DNA from: an uncultured Nitrososphaerota archaeon
GTDB taxonomy: Archaea; Thermoproteota; Nitrososphaeria; Nitrososphaerales; CADDZS01
NCBI GenBank assembly: GCA_963799845.1
Contig: CAWCYI010000004.1
Coordinates: 1 to 64,000 of the forward strand
Direction of reading: 5' to 3'
Length of the DNA: 64,000 bases
Part shown: positions 62,739 through 64,000 of the stretch, in pieces
How the letters are laid out: each line of letters starts with the position of its first letter
Position numbering within the stretch: the first letter of the stretch is position 1
Made by a program: the position numbers and the translations under genes
Notes under the pieces: model-generated
The model's database searches: none
Told to the model about the DNA's origin: nothing
The model's input: the letters and a program-made list of their open reading frames with translations, nothing else

Positions 62739-63248
62739 TTGAAAACCCCGATCTGCGCTTTCGACGCGCGCATGGGAGTCCTTTGTCCCAAGTGCGATGC
62801 AAAACTGAGGTCGGGGCAGTTGACGAAAACAGACGTCGATGTCTCTATTAAATTGACGAAAACGGCTGAAAAGTCGTCCGATATAGCGAAACTGAGCCTT
62901 ACAAAGGCAGTTCAGGTGGACGGAGATTATGTTCTCGTGGTTGAACCAGGGAGTCTAGCTCCCATGAGAAGGGATCCTTCTTTCCAGAAGACGCTGGAGA
63001 AGGTTTTGGGCGGGAAGGTCTGGCTTACTGAAGCTGACACTACTGATAGAAAGGAGCTTGAGGACCTCTTCTTTCCGGTCAGGATCGCTAACGTGAATTC
63101 GGTCTGGTTGCCGGACGGCAGCAAATTAACCAAAGTAGTAATTCCGGGGAAGAAGACCGATCGGTTCCCCCACGATACTGAAATGATCACGAGAATATTG
63201 AAAGAGACCAGAGAGATGGAGCTCATGGTCGAATTCACGAATCGCTGA
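62739..63248 (+). CDS. Archaeal NusA-like KH-domain protein with N-terminal Zn-binding motif
   Basis: MKTPIC.FD...LCPKC...VWLPDGS. Confidence 0.75.
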   Translation: MKTPICAFDARMGVLCPKCDAKLRSGQLTKTDVDVSIKLTKTAEKSSDIAKLSLTKAVQVDGDYVLVVEPGSLAPMRRDPSFQKTLEKVLGGKVWLTEADTTDRKELEDLFFPVRIANVNSVWLPDGSKLTKVVIPGKKTDRFPHDTEMITRILKETREMELMVEFTNR

Positions 63249-63306
63249 TTTAGGCTGTATTTCCATCTCTCAAGAAGACTCTCAATTGCAGGGTTGATTT
63301 CGGAAA

Positions 63307-64000
63307 TTGATTCGCACGAATTATGTCAATGAGCTTCTCTCTAACATCGGGAAGAACGTCGTCATTGCAGGATGGGTCGAGAACGTCAAGGAACTTCCCA
63401 ATTTGCGCTTCGTCATAATTAGGGATCGAACGGGTCTCGCTCAAGTCACTCTGCACAAGAAAAATTCCCCGCACGAGCTTCTTTCCCTTAGTGAGAAACT
63501 GAATCTCCAAGACGTCATCGCAGTCGAAGGACTCGTGCCCGAGAAACAGATTGCGAAGATCGGTCCCGAGCTGAATCCCACTTCGATCACGGTTCTCAAT
63601 CGATCTGATACTCCGCTTCCGATCGATATTACGGGAACGGTCGAAACCCAGCTTGATCTCAGGCTGGATTGGCGTGTTCTTGACCTGCGGAATCCAAGGA
63701 ACCTGGCCATCATGAAAATTGAATCGAAATTCATGGAAGCAGCCGAGGAGTACCTGCGGAATCATGGATTCATCCAGGTCTCAACCCCGGCAATTCTTGG
63801 CGGATCAAGCGAGGGAGGATCAGAGGTTTTCAAGATCGATTACTTTGGGAACCCTGCATTCCTGAGGCAGGATCCTCAGCTTCACAGGCAGCTCGCGATA
63901 GCAGGTGGACTGGACAAAATTTACGATCTGGGCCCTAGCTGGAGAGCAGAGCTGTCGCATACCCCTCAACACCTTTGCGAACACCATACCTTTGCGGTCG
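63307..64000 (+). CDS. aspS: Aspartyl-tRNA synthetase, 5' part (runs off window)
   Basis: Manual translation from TTG 63307: ...IAGWV..V...LRFVIIRDRTG..QV...RLDWRVLDLR...SEGGSEVF...FLRQDPQL...WRAE. Confidence 0.9.
   Translation, partial: MIRTNYVNELLSNIGKNVVIAGWVENVKELPNLRFVIIRDRTGLAQVTLHKKNSPHELLSLSEKLNLQDVIAVEGLVPEKQIAKIGPELNPTSITVLNRSDTPLPIDITGTVETQLDLRLDWRVLDLRNPRNLAIMKIESKFMEAAEEYLRNHGFIQVSTPAILGGSSEGGSEVFKIDYFGNPAFLRQDPQLHRQLAIAGGLDKIYDLGPSWRAELSHTPQHLCEHHTFAV

Noticed and set aside
1-64000. CRISPR array or cas genes
   Set aside because: No regularly spaced 25-40 bp repeats and no Cas motifs seen.

Overview
Archaeal DNA, probably a TACK/Nitrososphaerota-type genome (intron-containing tRNAs, L37e/L40e, aCPSF1, two proteasome beta subunits, EgsA, SepF, MEDS- and NitrOD5-like signalling proteins). 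Bases 1-3.4 kb hold two tRNAs and a small accessory patch. A ~41.4 kb integrated element runs from the 3' end of tRNA-Ile(GAU) (attL 3555-3569) to a matching direct repeat (attR 44929-44943). Its backbone is a tyrosine integrase, HTH/AbrB regulators, its own MCM helicase and a decayed ParB. Its mosaic cargo is defence-like: a Mrr-like nuclease, a SAMHD1-like HD protein, a SAP/metallophosphoesterase/RNase H-like fusion, paired ATPases, type III R-M and an ApeA-like HEPN, plus a signalling cluster. No capsid or conjugation genes were recognised. 45-64 kb is core housekeeping DNA. The most unusual signals are non-coding: (i) four paralogous ~60-100 aa Zn-finger genes, three preceded by inverted-repeat arms with conserved spacing and two by a shared ATGTNAGGGGG core; (ii) five copies of the palindrome AGCGCGCGCGCT (four perfect, one near-perfect) at gene junctions; (iii) degenerate att relics; (iv) a dispersed AGCT-rich element present twice in host DNA. 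Many single-base frameshifts, including in core genes, suggest uncorrected sequencing indels. All family assignments are by eye from motifs; no database searches were run.
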